Below, in pieces: positions 47,901 to 56,872 of a stretch of 64,000 nucleotides of DNA; position 1 is the stretch's first letter, and each line of letters begins with the position of its first letter. Location of the stretch: positions 32,685 to 96,684 of the IMG/VR virus record IMGVR_UViG_3300033120_000852. One strand, written 5' to 3'. Source of the DNA: a virus. The notes under the pieces were generated by a model. The model ran no database searches. It was not told where the DNA came from and saw only the letters and a list, made by a program, of their open reading frames with translations. The position numbers and the translations under genes were made by a program.

Positions 47901-48745
47901 CTAAAAAAGAAAACTTTACAGATAAAGATTTTGATTTTATTCCTGTGTATCCAGATAATTATGATATAAACGATAATACTTATTTAAATCATTTAAAATT
48001 TATGTCTAATTATATTTCTAAAAATTTACCTGTAGAAATGTATGAAGAATCATTAATAGCTGAACAAGGCATAAAAAATGTTTATATTGCTGCACCAGAG
48101 AAATATCAATTTCAAAATGAAAGTGAAGATACAATGAGTGCTAATGCTGCAGAAATATCTATAAGTGATGGTAATGGTAATAGTAACGTTAAAGGTTATT
48201 TAAATTATAAATTTAAAGCCTCTAATGAGAAAGATAATTTAAGTGTATCTATTTCTCCTGAAAGAGTAGCCAAATTAAATTCTATGCAAGAATTAATAGA
48301 TGCTCTTAATGAAGAATTAGAATTAAAAATTAAAGGTAGTAATACAAGTGTATCTTCTGATTTTAAAATAACACCTTATAGCTTTAAAAAATCATTACCT
48401 AAAACAGAAGGAGAAGGTAGAGATAGGTTTCTAAGGGCAATTGAAGAAGGTCAATTAACGACACCTCTTCATAAAAATATTCGTAATTTAAGTTTAAATA
48501 TTGTTCCTAAAGAAATTATTAAAAGTTCTTTTACTCCTAAACCAGAAGAAGTAATATTTACAGAACCTGTAATTAAAGCACAAGAAGAAGCAAGAGAAAT
48601 AAATAATGAACAACAAGAATTAGAAATAACACAAGAAGATATTGATAGAGCAAATCAAAAGAAAACGGTAAAAGGAAGAAGAAGATTTGGTGATCCTGGT
48701 ATGTTTAATGAAGATATAGAAGATATGATTAGAGTGTGTGGATAA
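41951..48745 (+). CDS. Giant virion cargo protein with hydrophobic segments, PD-(D/E)xK-like and zincin-like motifs
   Basis: 2264 aa. G/A-rich hydrophobic helices near the N-terminus, IDLLI...IVDFKT, and LHEAIH...DEFIAEA. Confidence 0.75.
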   Translation: MAEFQVPNPTMSLATQNTLGDITSIAPVNFYNPLPVKDYTSGVVNPIPVKDPIEKQIEDITSNILGNQLKEINKDKGLTNKLTNPSQVPYEETKRYQDSELGYTTSPNLEFMYGEKQGLTGAIGNSLIQSAGNFVSSFLGSFTNTYSIGAAIKNEDLDSLFDNDLVNAANTFSEIGQDWGTIYDTRQMRDNPLLSRKLLTSTISSLGYLGAFAGSAVQDIAISAALGPEAGIGLAGVQLANAYKKISQFVKVFSNGEEGVEALRKSLLVTKSLGNAVDQAATSVPFREGFRKINQYTAGMFEASIEAKEAVTKVEDKLKDEYFRQNGYQASGDELKVIKDRANEAGNWTYFANAALLTTTNHFEFGELFERWRVGKRSFDTKQGGLDLGLDGYNKIINNTPARQAIKEGASYLEKAKDLVVRAGRNTPSAFTMATGEFIEEMGQGIISGASEDYYTNFINPHSGLESILKATGEQFGTQEGWLSGISGILTGAAMSGILAGAGVNPMDKTPDALYANAVVEELNNNSIGTFLREKIRVNQIQQTRENANNGFIKSNYEKQAEDHTATFNHWITGLKHKQYDLRQQQLDEAKNLQGKDFTEEWGMEYNEENKAVIDRFIDEQKAKGKHIKEVFDTIDKTFINPFDRRSRIGRSEDNSESYALYDAVKDELVFQVSKFDNNEDYINSLVNKATTNLKVLQNGNDILDLGSLYGEEIEEGFSSKDGNIFKKYTIKNKTPNSNQGLSKIKKDLDKEIKDIESLLNSDLVVGEDRSKYNKDFARKTLLSLQINDLLENGLTEVFTDKEGRSGIKHTEDYLVFLSQYLNSKRNEAGITEPLSAKQLTDFYTSVRSINDATLSNNRTAKIINDLLSPNAIKNFKAQGKKIQEIRTKLQQEKELVAEEELQSTTTPEVKTEQQNVETEKTNEQEQNTDPQQGDQFKGEILTQDEEGNEISLKGDFEIVDRDNIDDTITVKQNGKETVIPIEDFNNSPVTKVDEAEKVQTKVKAESPSEKIVNVPITSEQLEDNLEASNKIEEVAVPEDIIIIDIENNTFEIENEKGQPETFKTLTSALGQKYSDDIDSIYKNIAIQSSIVLHALFKKSETTYGEIAQSIPDINEDRFNNIVDGYKDYNQWLINNNKEIVKSDFYIKDYNENDNNALVHIDLLIYDVKNSLYQIVDFKTRSLYSNQKDINGVKGNNPDQWDKEQILYKRNLVQKTLSTSDIKNKNFSTIDYIFKFLTTYTKDQNDQKVLETITHEDKPITISNGLEGKVSNSKELKIDGHTIDSLKKLSRKDFQDIMKQNRITTRKLTSPNIGLIHMWEKVRTRSIEDLKEYNNNNKDKNQKKDNEAFWVWQRENFEMFSFKDEVKSLDEIAFNKEFDNFIKTLNSEVKKNDIFFEMAYPISDKGSYNIIGSYNEVEQVFEYSTDTDQQLSENELRDIIRNRKMALGQTKEEKIYVLKDELLVKTNFTKKFKIFVNGRKVKDDRTRQQIIDDYGTNNLRDIIKGISEKSLYSPEKELALSIADKIPRRFNIEFIETNTKDVRIDSYYDPATEKLVINIDRLKELGYSIDGAILHEAIHVLTAQRLKTSTKFIQDIRELSNIASTFINTPEGKVTLNNIYGTSNAEIYGLTGNLDEFIAEALTSPDFQNLLRAIDAKDIVTEKKSIWPKLVDYIRQALGIQVEGFEDTLLAKTVYRIGKEFDTLSVDKIGNSLNLDFIFGKTILKIESNDEYKDTNEFGNKILREQSLDDIIKNSIVHKENGVEPKFKKFQNFDYIYNSKFPYNLVLKYPNAEGGMETFTSMGLVDGFRFKRPNNDELFTLDHLADNDISDSEFELITKVDRSLRSEFINKLNSYINFQSELANKADDTNLSDLPVEININNGTLKTVPYENRTNVNELKPMMFRGSDGISPAPLILERNYTWELGGGKVREVDSGFSSIYNDPIFENELSSVMDYLRENIGQINSKLKSTYVLIVPKGGIQTTKKENFTDKDFDFIPVYPDNYDINDNTYLNHLKFMSNYISKNLPVEMYEESLIAEQGIKNVYIAAPEKYQFQNESEDTMSANAAEISISDGNGNSNVKGYLNYKFKASNEKDNLSVSISPERVAKLNSMQELIDALNEELELKIKGSNTSVSSDFKITPYSFKKSLPKTEGEGRDRFLRAIEEGQLTTPLHKNIRNLSLNIVPKEIIKSSFTPKPEEVIFTEPVIKAQEEAREINNEQQELEITQEDIDRANQKKTVKGRRRFGDPGMFNEDIEDMIRVCG

Positions 48746-48786
48746 TTGTAAAAGATTACTAATTTCTAATATTAATTAGTTTTGAT

Positions 48787-48794
48787 TACTTTTG
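48787..48794 (+). promoter_or_regulatory. -7 promoter element upstream of the RNA polymerase gene
   Basis: TACTTTTG, 25 nt before the ATG at 48820. Confidence 0.55.
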
Positions 48795-48819
48795 TATAAA
48801 ATAATGAAATATAATTATT

Positions 48820-51800
48820 ATGGTTTGCCCAAATATAAATAGTACAGAATGGAAAGCTTTAGAGAGTGCTGTAGGTAAAAACAAAGCCTACAGCATCTTT
48901 CGTAATAATGGTTATGAAATACCTTCTATGAAAGTTATTGAGTATCTCTCACAAGCTAAAGTTTCTGAAAGAGAAATGAATTGGATTAAAAGAAATCTCC
49001 CTAAAGGATTAAGTGTTAACATTTTTGAAACGTTAGTTTTACAATCTTCTTACGGAGATTCTTACGTATGGGGACAATTCAAAGATAAAACTTTAAACTT
49101 ATCTAGTCTTGCTGAAAAAGGAACTGGTTATCATGAATATTTTCATGGTATATTTAGAAACTATTTAGAACAAGAAGAAATAGATGGTTATTTACAATTA
49201 GCAGCTAATGAAATAGATAAGATTCTGGATAAGAAAAATATATCTATTAGAGATTATATAGCTGATAAATATAATGATTTTATAGATTTAGGTTTAGATC
49301 AACAAGAAAAAATTAATCTTTTATATGAAGAACACTTAGCTGAAAACTTTGCTAAGTATATGAATAAAAAAGAATATAATAATATTTTTGAAAAATTATT
49401 TGATGCTCTTAGAGAATTAATAAGATTTATTTTTAATAATCAAAGAACACTTGATTTATTATTTCATAAAATTGCTAATGGTGATTTTAGAAATGGTAGA
49501 GTTGCAACTAATAAATATCAAGAAGGTTATCTTCAAGATAATGCTTATGTAAGAAAAATATATAAAAAACCATTTAAAGATAAAGATGGTGATATTATAA
49601 GACCCACATACGGTATAGAAGAATCTCAACAAATTATTAGAGATATATCTAAAATATATTATAGTCTTAAAAATTCTGATTATTATTCTAAAAATAAATT
49701 TAATTCTAATGAACTTTTAGAAAAAGCATTAGATATAATGACAGAATATGCTAATGAAAAAGATTCTGAATTATCTTGGGTTCTTGATAAAAGTCCAAGA
49801 GCACTTAAAGTTGATAAAGTAAATAATATTACAGAAAGAAAATATATTAAAGATACAGCAAAAGCTTTTATTAAATCTATAAGTCCTTATTTTAATTTTA
49901 GTGAAGATGTACAAGTTGATTTAGAAACTTCTGATGAAAATGAAAATGGAGATCCTCAAGGAACTAATGACGATATTGAAGTAATTAATCCAAGAAATGA
50001 TAGTTTTGGTAAAGAATCTGCAGAAAAACAAGGATGGGGTAGATTACCACAATTTTTAAGAGAATATATTTCAACAAGTTCATATTTAGAATTAGATGAA
50101 GACGGTGATGCTATATTAATTGCTCAATATCCTTTACCCGATGGTTCTATTCTTCCTATATATAAAGAAAAAACTATTGATGTAAATAAAATTTATTATA
50201 GTTTAACTAGATCATTAATTGATACTCCTAATGATATTACTCGTCTTGTAAAAATGTATGAAATATCTAGAGGTAATAGTAACCAAAAAGCATTTGTAGA
50301 TAGATTTTTTAAAGATGCTAATTTAGATATTACTAGATTAGATGAAATGGAAGCTACACAATCATATATATCTAGAAGGTATGATGGTTCATTTACTCTT
50401 GCAGATATTACATTAATACAATCTGTTGTTAAAGGTTTTGATAAATATACTCAAGATCCTTTAATGATGGCTATTGATACTGATAGAAGAAAAACAACTG
50501 TTGGTCTTGCTAATAGAAATAATGCAAGTATTATATTTTATGAACATTGGAAAAGCAATTTTGAATCACAAATGTTTAGTAATAAAGTATTTAATGATAA
50601 CTTATGGAAATCTATTGATAAAAATCTAGATGTATTTATTAAATTATTATCTCCTACTAGTTTCACATCTATTAAAGATGTATCTGAAAAAGCTAGAAAA
50701 TTTACTAATGAATTATCTAAATTAGGAATTGATGTTTCTCCTAGTTATATAGAATATTCTATTGCTTATAATTTAAAAGCTTCTGGTAAACTAAATAATA
50801 GTGTTGAAGGAACACAATTAAAAACTAAACTTAAAAGAATTAAACTTGAAAGAGATAATATATTTAAAGAAGAAGATATTAAAGAAATCTTTAGAGCTAT
50901 TAGATCACAAGGTAATCCTTTTGAAGTTGTAGAATCAACAACAGAAAACTCTGTTAGTTCTGATTCTACTAGAAGAATTATGAATATAGCTAAAGGTAAT
51001 GTAAAATTTGATGAAGCAGCTTATGAAACATCATATATTGCTTCTGATGGAACTATGCGCTATGGTCACCAAGATGCTACACTTCACCTTTTAGAAGTAA
51101 ATAAAATGAATGATGGTTCTTATCTTGAAAAAGTATTAAGTACTGGTATTAGAGATGAAAAAAAAGGAACTATTATAAATGGAAAATTTTATCAAACAGA
51201 TTTAGAAGATGCTGATTTTAGAAAAAATTCTATTTTTAATCAAGAAGGAAATGGTATATATAAACTTTTAAAAGATGGACAAAGTATTAATTTTGTTTTA
51301 AGACCTGCTGATGGACTTAAAGAAGATTATCTTGGTACAAATGATGAAGGTCAAACTCGTAGAATGACTTTTACTAAAAAAGGAGAAAGTGATGGAGTAC
51401 ATTTTGGTGATATGACTGATAGAGATTACGCTATTTATATGTTAAACCTTCCTTTTGAAAGTTATGAAACACAAGATATACATAATGAAAATGGTGAAAC
51501 AGTAGAACGTATTTTCTTCTCTCCCGTGTCTTTAGGTATGATGGAGACTAGTAAGACTCATCATTTTTTATATGCTCCTACACTTCGTAATTTGTATGGA
51601 CAAACAGGTATGACAGATAATTCTATTCAGTTACTTTCAAATGAAATTGAAAAAGAATATAATAGAATGAGAAAAGTTGCTCAACAACTTCAAGAAAATG
51701 GTGAATTTATCACTATGGAAAGAGCAGAGCAGCTTCAAGATCAAGGTAAACTTCCTTTTATATATTCTGGTTATCATCATTCTGGTGGAAACTTTAGTAA

Positions 51801-54800
51801 AGGTAGAGCTTTAAAATTCTCTGATTTTGTTTCTGGATTTATTAGTTCTGATTTACAAGCAACTTTAAATGAAGCTGCAATAAGAAATCAAGATTTATTT
51901 TCTAAACCAGAAGAAGGACAATCTTTAATTGAACTTATAAAAGAAGATTTACCAGTTCAATTTGAAAATTTATTAAATAATCATATACAAGAGCTTAAAG
52001 AATTAGGTATTATTCAAGAAGAAAAATCTGGAAAAATAACTTCTGAACTTTTAAGTTCTAATTTCTTTATTGATGATAAAGGTTTAGAAGTTGCAGGACT
52101 TAATAAAAAAGAAAAATTACAAGCTTATGGTAATATAAGAAATGGTTTCAGAGGTAATTTAGCACATCTTATATTACAGCAATCAATTAACTCTATTAAC
52201 GCCTTACATATTATTAATGGTGATCCTGCTTTAATGTATAAAGCAGATGGTGCTGGTACTGATTTCTATAAACGTATGAAAACAAGTAATGGTGCTGGTA
52301 TAAGTGCTTCTCATAAACATAATTATCTTGATAAATCAGAAGGATTTGACAGATTTAATGCTATTGTTTTAGAAGAACCTAAAGTAGCATCTAAATTTCA
52401 TAAAAATGATAAAGGTGAAGCTGATAGTATAGATGTTGCAGATGCACAAATGTATATGAATATAAAAGTTCTTAAACATGTGCTCTTAGGTTTAGGTAAA
52501 TTGAGTGAACCTACTGCTAATTTAATTGTTAATAAAATAGAAAAAGGTATTCCATTAACAAAAGAAGATCTTTTTGAAAGTGGTGTTGTTATAGAACAAG
52601 ATCGTTTTATTAATCCTTATAAATTTATTTTTAGAGATCCTTCAAGTACATTTAAAATTTCTGCTTATATACTTACACAAAATTTAGTTGAAACAAATGT
52701 AGGAACAGAAGAAAATCCTGATTGGAAACCAGCTAAAGATAGAGAAGATTTACATGAAATTTATTCTCTTATGAATAATAAGAATATAGATTTCGCTGTA
52801 TTTGAAACAGGTAGTAAAACGATGACTGCAAATGTTCTTAGAAAAAAAGATGGTAAATATGATACAAATAGAGCTTATCCTATTTCTTATAGTGCAGATT
52901 ATTTGAGATTACAATTAGAAAATCCTACAAATAAAACTCATATAACTACACCAACACAATTAATTCAAGCAATAGATACTGAACAAGATTCTAATGCAAA
53001 AGGTTATATTGATGGAGTAGAGATTGAAATAGGAGAAATACGTGATTTATATAATCAAGCTTTAGCTGATAAACATAATAGTAATTATCTAGGAGCAAGA
53101 AATAGTATGTATACTATTGAGGATTTAAGTAGAGACTTAGATGATTCAATAAAAAATGGAATTATTGTTCCAAAACTTGTAGAATTTCAAAATAGAGCTG
53201 TTAAAGGTTTATTAGATTCTGGAGCTGATTCACAATTAGTAGATTTCTTTAGAACAACTCAAGATAGTGAAGGTAATGAAATACCTCAATTTGATCTTAA
53301 TAATCCTAAAACTATTGAAAAATATACTAATCTTTGGTACTCTTATATGAGTAGTGGGGTATTTAGTATGAAGAATAGTGGGTTTGCAGCAGCTCTTGTT
53401 AGTTCTTATGGTTTTAAGCCTATTAAAAAAATTACAGCTATCCATGATGATGGAAGTGTTAGTTGGAAAGTAGTTAGAAAAAATAGTCCTGAATATAAAA
53501 TTATACATAAAAAAGATTTGGATATTAATCAAATTAATTATTCAGATGAAAAAACATTTAAACTTTTAGCTATTGGTGAAGATTCACTTGAGTCTCTTAG
53601 AGAAAAATTAGCAAGAGGTGAAACTATTTATTTTAAAGATAGACTTCAATATGGAGTTCCTAGATATGAAAATGGTGTAGTTACAGGACAATTTGCAGAA
53701 GTATTATTTCCTAATCACCATCCAGATTTAAATGATAATGGTAAAGATATTCCAGATGCCGTTAAATATATGTTTGGTAATCGTATTCCTCTTCAAGATA
53801 AACACTCAATGATGAATTTTGAATTGGTTGATTATCTCCCAATGGAATATGGTAGTTCTTTAGTTGCTCCTCAAGAAATTGTAGAATTCTCTGGAGCAGA
53901 TTATGATATTGATAAAGTTTATATTACTGTACCACCTATTATAATTGAAAACGGTGAAGCTAGAAATTACTATCTAGGAGAAGATATGAATCAAAAGTAT
54001 AATGAATATCTTCATTATATGTATGATGAAAACAAACAAGTTAAAAAATTAGTTAAAGGTTCTACAACTATTGAAGATGCTTTATCTAGTTTAGGTTTTC
54101 CTTCTAGTGTAGAAGAATATGAAAATTATTTAAATGAAACAGGAGAATTAAATAATGGTGTTAACGAAAGAATAATTTTTGAATCAATGACTACTTTATA
54201 TTCTAATCAAAGTATGATTGATAGAGGTATTCCTATGTCTCCTGCTAATCAAGAAAAATTAAAAGCTTTACAAGATCATCCATACTTTAAGAAAGATGGT
54301 GTTTCTATATTTGGTAAAAAATTAACAGCACCTGCATTATCTCCTTTACAACTTATTAGACAAAAAAGAGCTAATAATGTAGGTAAAGATAATATTGGTA
54401 TTATTGTAAATATTAATAAAGTATTTACAACTCTTAATAAAGCTAATGCTTCAATTAATAATCCTGAAAATTATATAGGATATAATGGTAAATATTATTC
54501 TAGTTTTGGTAATTCGTTAGCAATGACAGATGCAGAACTAGATGAATCATTACGAATTATAGATTATCTTTCTACTTTAACTTCTGCAGCTACTGATGAA
54601 GCTAAAGATAGTAACTGTGCTAAGTTTGGATTGGGTATAGAAGAAATGAAAGTTGCTGGAGTTTTACTTTCTTTAGGTATGAATATACCTGATGTAGTAC
54701 TTTTAGTAAATCAACCTATAATTAAAACATATACTAAACTTCTTGAAAGTGATAATTATGTTATTAAATCTAAAAATGAAGAACAAAATTCTTTATCAAG

Positions 54801-56871
54801 AGAAGAAAAACAATTAGAAGCTTTTAAATTAATAGGTGCAACTAATGAAGATGTGGAAATGGTTTCTTTAGATTCTGAAAAATTATCTAATATTTTATTT
54901 GGAATTAAGGATAAAGATTTTTCAATTCAACAATCTGCAGCTTTAAAACTATTTTTAAATACACTTAAATTAAATGAACAATTTAGTGCTGTTGCAACAA
55001 TAATGAAAATGACTAATGGTATTGATTCTAATAGTATTGATAATATTAAACGTGCTAAAAATACTTTAGAAATAGGTAAGCCTAAAGAAGAAGAAATGAT
55101 TCTTGGTCTTAGATATGCATTAACAGGTGATGAAAGATATGATGCTAATAATAATTATGTGAATCAACTCGCAGCAGCTAATATTAATAATTTAACTGAA
55201 ATAGAAAAATTAAATAATATAACTTTTTTAACTAATCTTCCTGCTTTTAAAAACATATTAAAAGAACTTGGTTCAATATATAGTTCTTCTAGAACAGAAG
55301 ATAGAAAACAATTTGAAAAAGATTTATTAAGTTATCTTACATTAGCTACATATAAATCACTTTATTTTAATCCAAAAGAAGGAGGTAATCCTAATTTTAA
55401 ATCAGGTTTTATTTATGAAATTGGAAGTGATGAAAGTATTGTTGATAAATTTTCAGAATTAAAAAATAAAATTAATACTGATCCTGACTATGCTTATCTT
55501 AAAAATAATCCTTTACTTAATCAATTGTTAGCAAAATCTGCAGTACAAAAAATAAAAGATAAAAATGGTAAGATTGTAATTAAACCTTCTATTGTATTAC
55601 AAATTAATGAACTTATAACAAGAACTACTAGTAAGAAGAATGAATTTCAACAAGGAGCTATGACATTAGGTTTCTTAGAGCTTTTAGACGATCCTAACAC
55701 ATCTGAATTTGCTGATGCTCTCTTAGACTTTGAATTAATTAAAGATGGCTTACAATTCCAATTTCAAACTATTGGATCAATATTTCCTGTAGATGAATAT
55801 AGATCTTCTCTTGGTTATAAGAATAGTGCAATAGAATTTGTAAGAATGTTTATGTCTGCAAAAACTAATGATGATTTTAAAAATGTAGTTAATCAATTAG
55901 TTCTTCTTAATCAAATGAAAGATACATATGATTTTAATGTAGATAAAATTGATTTCTCTAAAAAGAAATCTTCTATTAGAAATGATATATCTAAATTGGT
56001 TTATGGTATGTCTTGGAAAGATTTTGTAAATGAATTTTATAAACTTAAATTTACAAATGCAAAATCTTTTAAAAAGATAAGAAGTATGAATCTTGATTCT
56101 AAAATGATTAAGTCAAAAGAATCTCCTTATAGATTAGATGCTTCTAAAAAAGAATTAAAAATTTCTTTCTTAGCTGGAACTAATGGATTAAAAGGGGAGG
56201 CTGCTGTTAATAAAATTAAATCAAATGAATCTACATTATTAAAAGCAAGATTTGATGCTCCATCTTTAAAAGGTGATGGTAAAGTTTTATATTATCCTAG
56301 ATATTTTAAATCATATATTGAATTAGGAGGAGAATCATATAATTATTTATTTGAATATCAAGAAGATCAAAAGTTAAGGTACCAAATAGAAGAATTAGAA
56401 AATGATCTTGATGATTTAAATTCAAATTATGAAGAAGATTTTGATTATAGAATAGATGAAGAAGTTGAAGCAGAATTTAAAGATGAAATAAAAAATAAAA
56501 TTGCTGCTCTTAAAAAAGAAATACAAAAAAATATAACTTATAAAATAGTTAAAGTAATAGGTTCTCCCAAAGTTTCTCCATTTTTAAATCCAGAAGGAAC
56601 AATACCAACAGCAACAGCTTATAAAAAACAAGAAAGAGTTCTTAATAGAATTTCTAAACAAACAGAAGAAATAGTTGAAAACATACAACCTGTTGATCAA
56701 AAAACAGTAGATATTGTTATTCCTGATTTTACTCCAGAAGAAGTAAGAGAAGAAGTAAAAGGTCCAATAGAATCTTCATTACCTATAGAAGAAAAACAAA
56801 TACTTAATATAGGAGTAACACCATTAAACTTTGGTGATCCTAATGAAGTAATTAAAAATAAAAAGTGTTAA
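48820..56871 (+). CDS. Virion-packaged single-chain two-barrel RNA polymerase
   Basis: 2683 aa. Catalytic GADYDIDK (53893-53916) preceded by RIPLQDKHSM, and an N-terminal HEYFH zincin-like motif. A hallmark of crAss-like phages. Confidence 0.9.
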   Translation: MVCPNINSTEWKALESAVGKNKAYSIFRNNGYEIPSMKVIEYLSQAKVSEREMNWIKRNLPKGLSVNIFETLVLQSSYGDSYVWGQFKDKTLNLSSLAEKGTGYHEYFHGIFRNYLEQEEIDGYLQLAANEIDKILDKKNISIRDYIADKYNDFIDLGLDQQEKINLLYEEHLAENFAKYMNKKEYNNIFEKLFDALRELIRFIFNNQRTLDLLFHKIANGDFRNGRVATNKYQEGYLQDNAYVRKIYKKPFKDKDGDIIRPTYGIEESQQIIRDISKIYYSLKNSDYYSKNKFNSNELLEKALDIMTEYANEKDSELSWVLDKSPRALKVDKVNNITERKYIKDTAKAFIKSISPYFNFSEDVQVDLETSDENENGDPQGTNDDIEVINPRNDSFGKESAEKQGWGRLPQFLREYISTSSYLELDEDGDAILIAQYPLPDGSILPIYKEKTIDVNKIYYSLTRSLIDTPNDITRLVKMYEISRGNSNQKAFVDRFFKDANLDITRLDEMEATQSYISRRYDGSFTLADITLIQSVVKGFDKYTQDPLMMAIDTDRRKTTVGLANRNNASIIFYEHWKSNFESQMFSNKVFNDNLWKSIDKNLDVFIKLLSPTSFTSIKDVSEKARKFTNELSKLGIDVSPSYIEYSIAYNLKASGKLNNSVEGTQLKTKLKRIKLERDNIFKEEDIKEIFRAIRSQGNPFEVVESTTENSVSSDSTRRIMNIAKGNVKFDEAAYETSYIASDGTMRYGHQDATLHLLEVNKMNDGSYLEKVLSTGIRDEKKGTIINGKFYQTDLEDADFRKNSIFNQEGNGIYKLLKDGQSINFVLRPADGLKEDYLGTNDEGQTRRMTFTKKGESDGVHFGDMTDRDYAIYMLNLPFESYETQDIHNENGETVERIFFSPVSLGMMETSKTHHFLYAPTLRNLYGQTGMTDNSIQLLSNEIEKEYNRMRKVAQQLQENGEFITMERAEQLQDQGKLPFIYSGYHHSGGNFSKGRALKFSDFVSGFISSDLQATLNEAAIRNQDLFSKPEEGQSLIELIKEDLPVQFENLLNNHIQELKELGIIQEEKSGKITSELLSSNFFIDDKGLEVAGLNKKEKLQAYGNIRNGFRGNLAHLILQQSINSINALHIINGDPALMYKADGAGTDFYKRMKTSNGAGISASHKHNYLDKSEGFDRFNAIVLEEPKVASKFHKNDKGEADSIDVADAQMYMNIKVLKHVLLGLGKLSEPTANLIVNKIEKGIPLTKEDLFESGVVIEQDRFINPYKFIFRDPSSTFKISAYILTQNLVETNVGTEENPDWKPAKDREDLHEIYSLMNNKNIDFAVFETGSKTMTANVLRKKDGKYDTNRAYPISYSADYLRLQLENPTNKTHITTPTQLIQAIDTEQDSNAKGYIDGVEIEIGEIRDLYNQALADKHNSNYLGARNSMYTIEDLSRDLDDSIKNGIIVPKLVEFQNRAVKGLLDSGADSQLVDFFRTTQDSEGNEIPQFDLNNPKTIEKYTNLWYSYMSSGVFSMKNSGFAAALVSSYGFKPIKKITAIHDDGSVSWKVVRKNSPEYKIIHKKDLDINQINYSDEKTFKLLAIGEDSLESLREKLARGETIYFKDRLQYGVPRYENGVVTGQFAEVLFPNHHPDLNDNGKDIPDAVKYMFGNRIPLQDKHSMMNFELVDYLPMEYGSSLVAPQEIVEFSGADYDIDKVYITVPPIIIENGEARNYYLGEDMNQKYNEYLHYMYDENKQVKKLVKGSTTIEDALSSLGFPSSVEEYENYLNETGELNNGVNERIIFESMTTLYSNQSMIDRGIPMSPANQEKLKALQDHPYFKKDGVSIFGKKLTAPALSPLQLIRQKRANNVGKDNIGIIVNINKVFTTLNKANASINNPENYIGYNGKYYSSFGNSLAMTDAELDESLRIIDYLSTLTSAATDEAKDSNCAKFGLGIEEMKVAGVLLSLGMNIPDVVLLVNQPIIKTYTKLLESDNYVIKSKNEEQNSLSREEKQLEAFKLIGATNEDVEMVSLDSEKLSNILFGIKDKDFSIQQSAALKLFLNTLKLNEQFSAVATIMKMTNGIDSNSIDNIKRAKNTLEIGKPKEEEMILGLRYALTGDERYDANNNYVNQLAAANINNLTEIEKLNNITFLTNLPAFKNILKELGSIYSSSRTEDRKQFEKDLLSYLTLATYKSLYFNPKEGGNPNFKSGFIYEIGSDESIVDKFSELKNKINTDPDYAYLKNNPLLNQLLAKSAVQKIKDKNGKIVIKPSIVLQINELITRTTSKKNEFQQGAMTLGFLELLDDPNTSEFADALLDFELIKDGLQFQFQTIGSIFPVDEYRSSLGYKNSAIEFVRMFMSAKTNDDFKNVVNQLVLLNQMKDTYDFNVDKIDFSKKKSSIRNDISKLVYGMSWKDFVNEFYKLKFTNAKSFKKIRSMNLDSKMIKSKESPYRLDASKKELKISFLAGTNGLKGEAAVNKIKSNESTLLKARFDAPSLKGDGKVLYYPRYFKSYIELGGESYNYLFEYQEDQKLRYQIEELENDLDDLNSNYEEDFDYRIDEEVEAEFKDEIKNKIAALKKEIQKNITYKIVKVIGSPKVSPFLNPEGTIPTATAYKKQERVLNRISKQTEEIVENIQPVDQKTVDIVIPDFTPEEVREEVKGPIESSLPIEEKQILNIGVTPLNFGDPNEVIKNKKC

Positions 56872-56872
56872 A

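Noticed and set aside
48737..48745. Perfect DnaA box (TGTGGATAA)
   Set aside because: A single copy formed by the Cys-Gly-stop codons of a gene, with no cluster of boxes seen.
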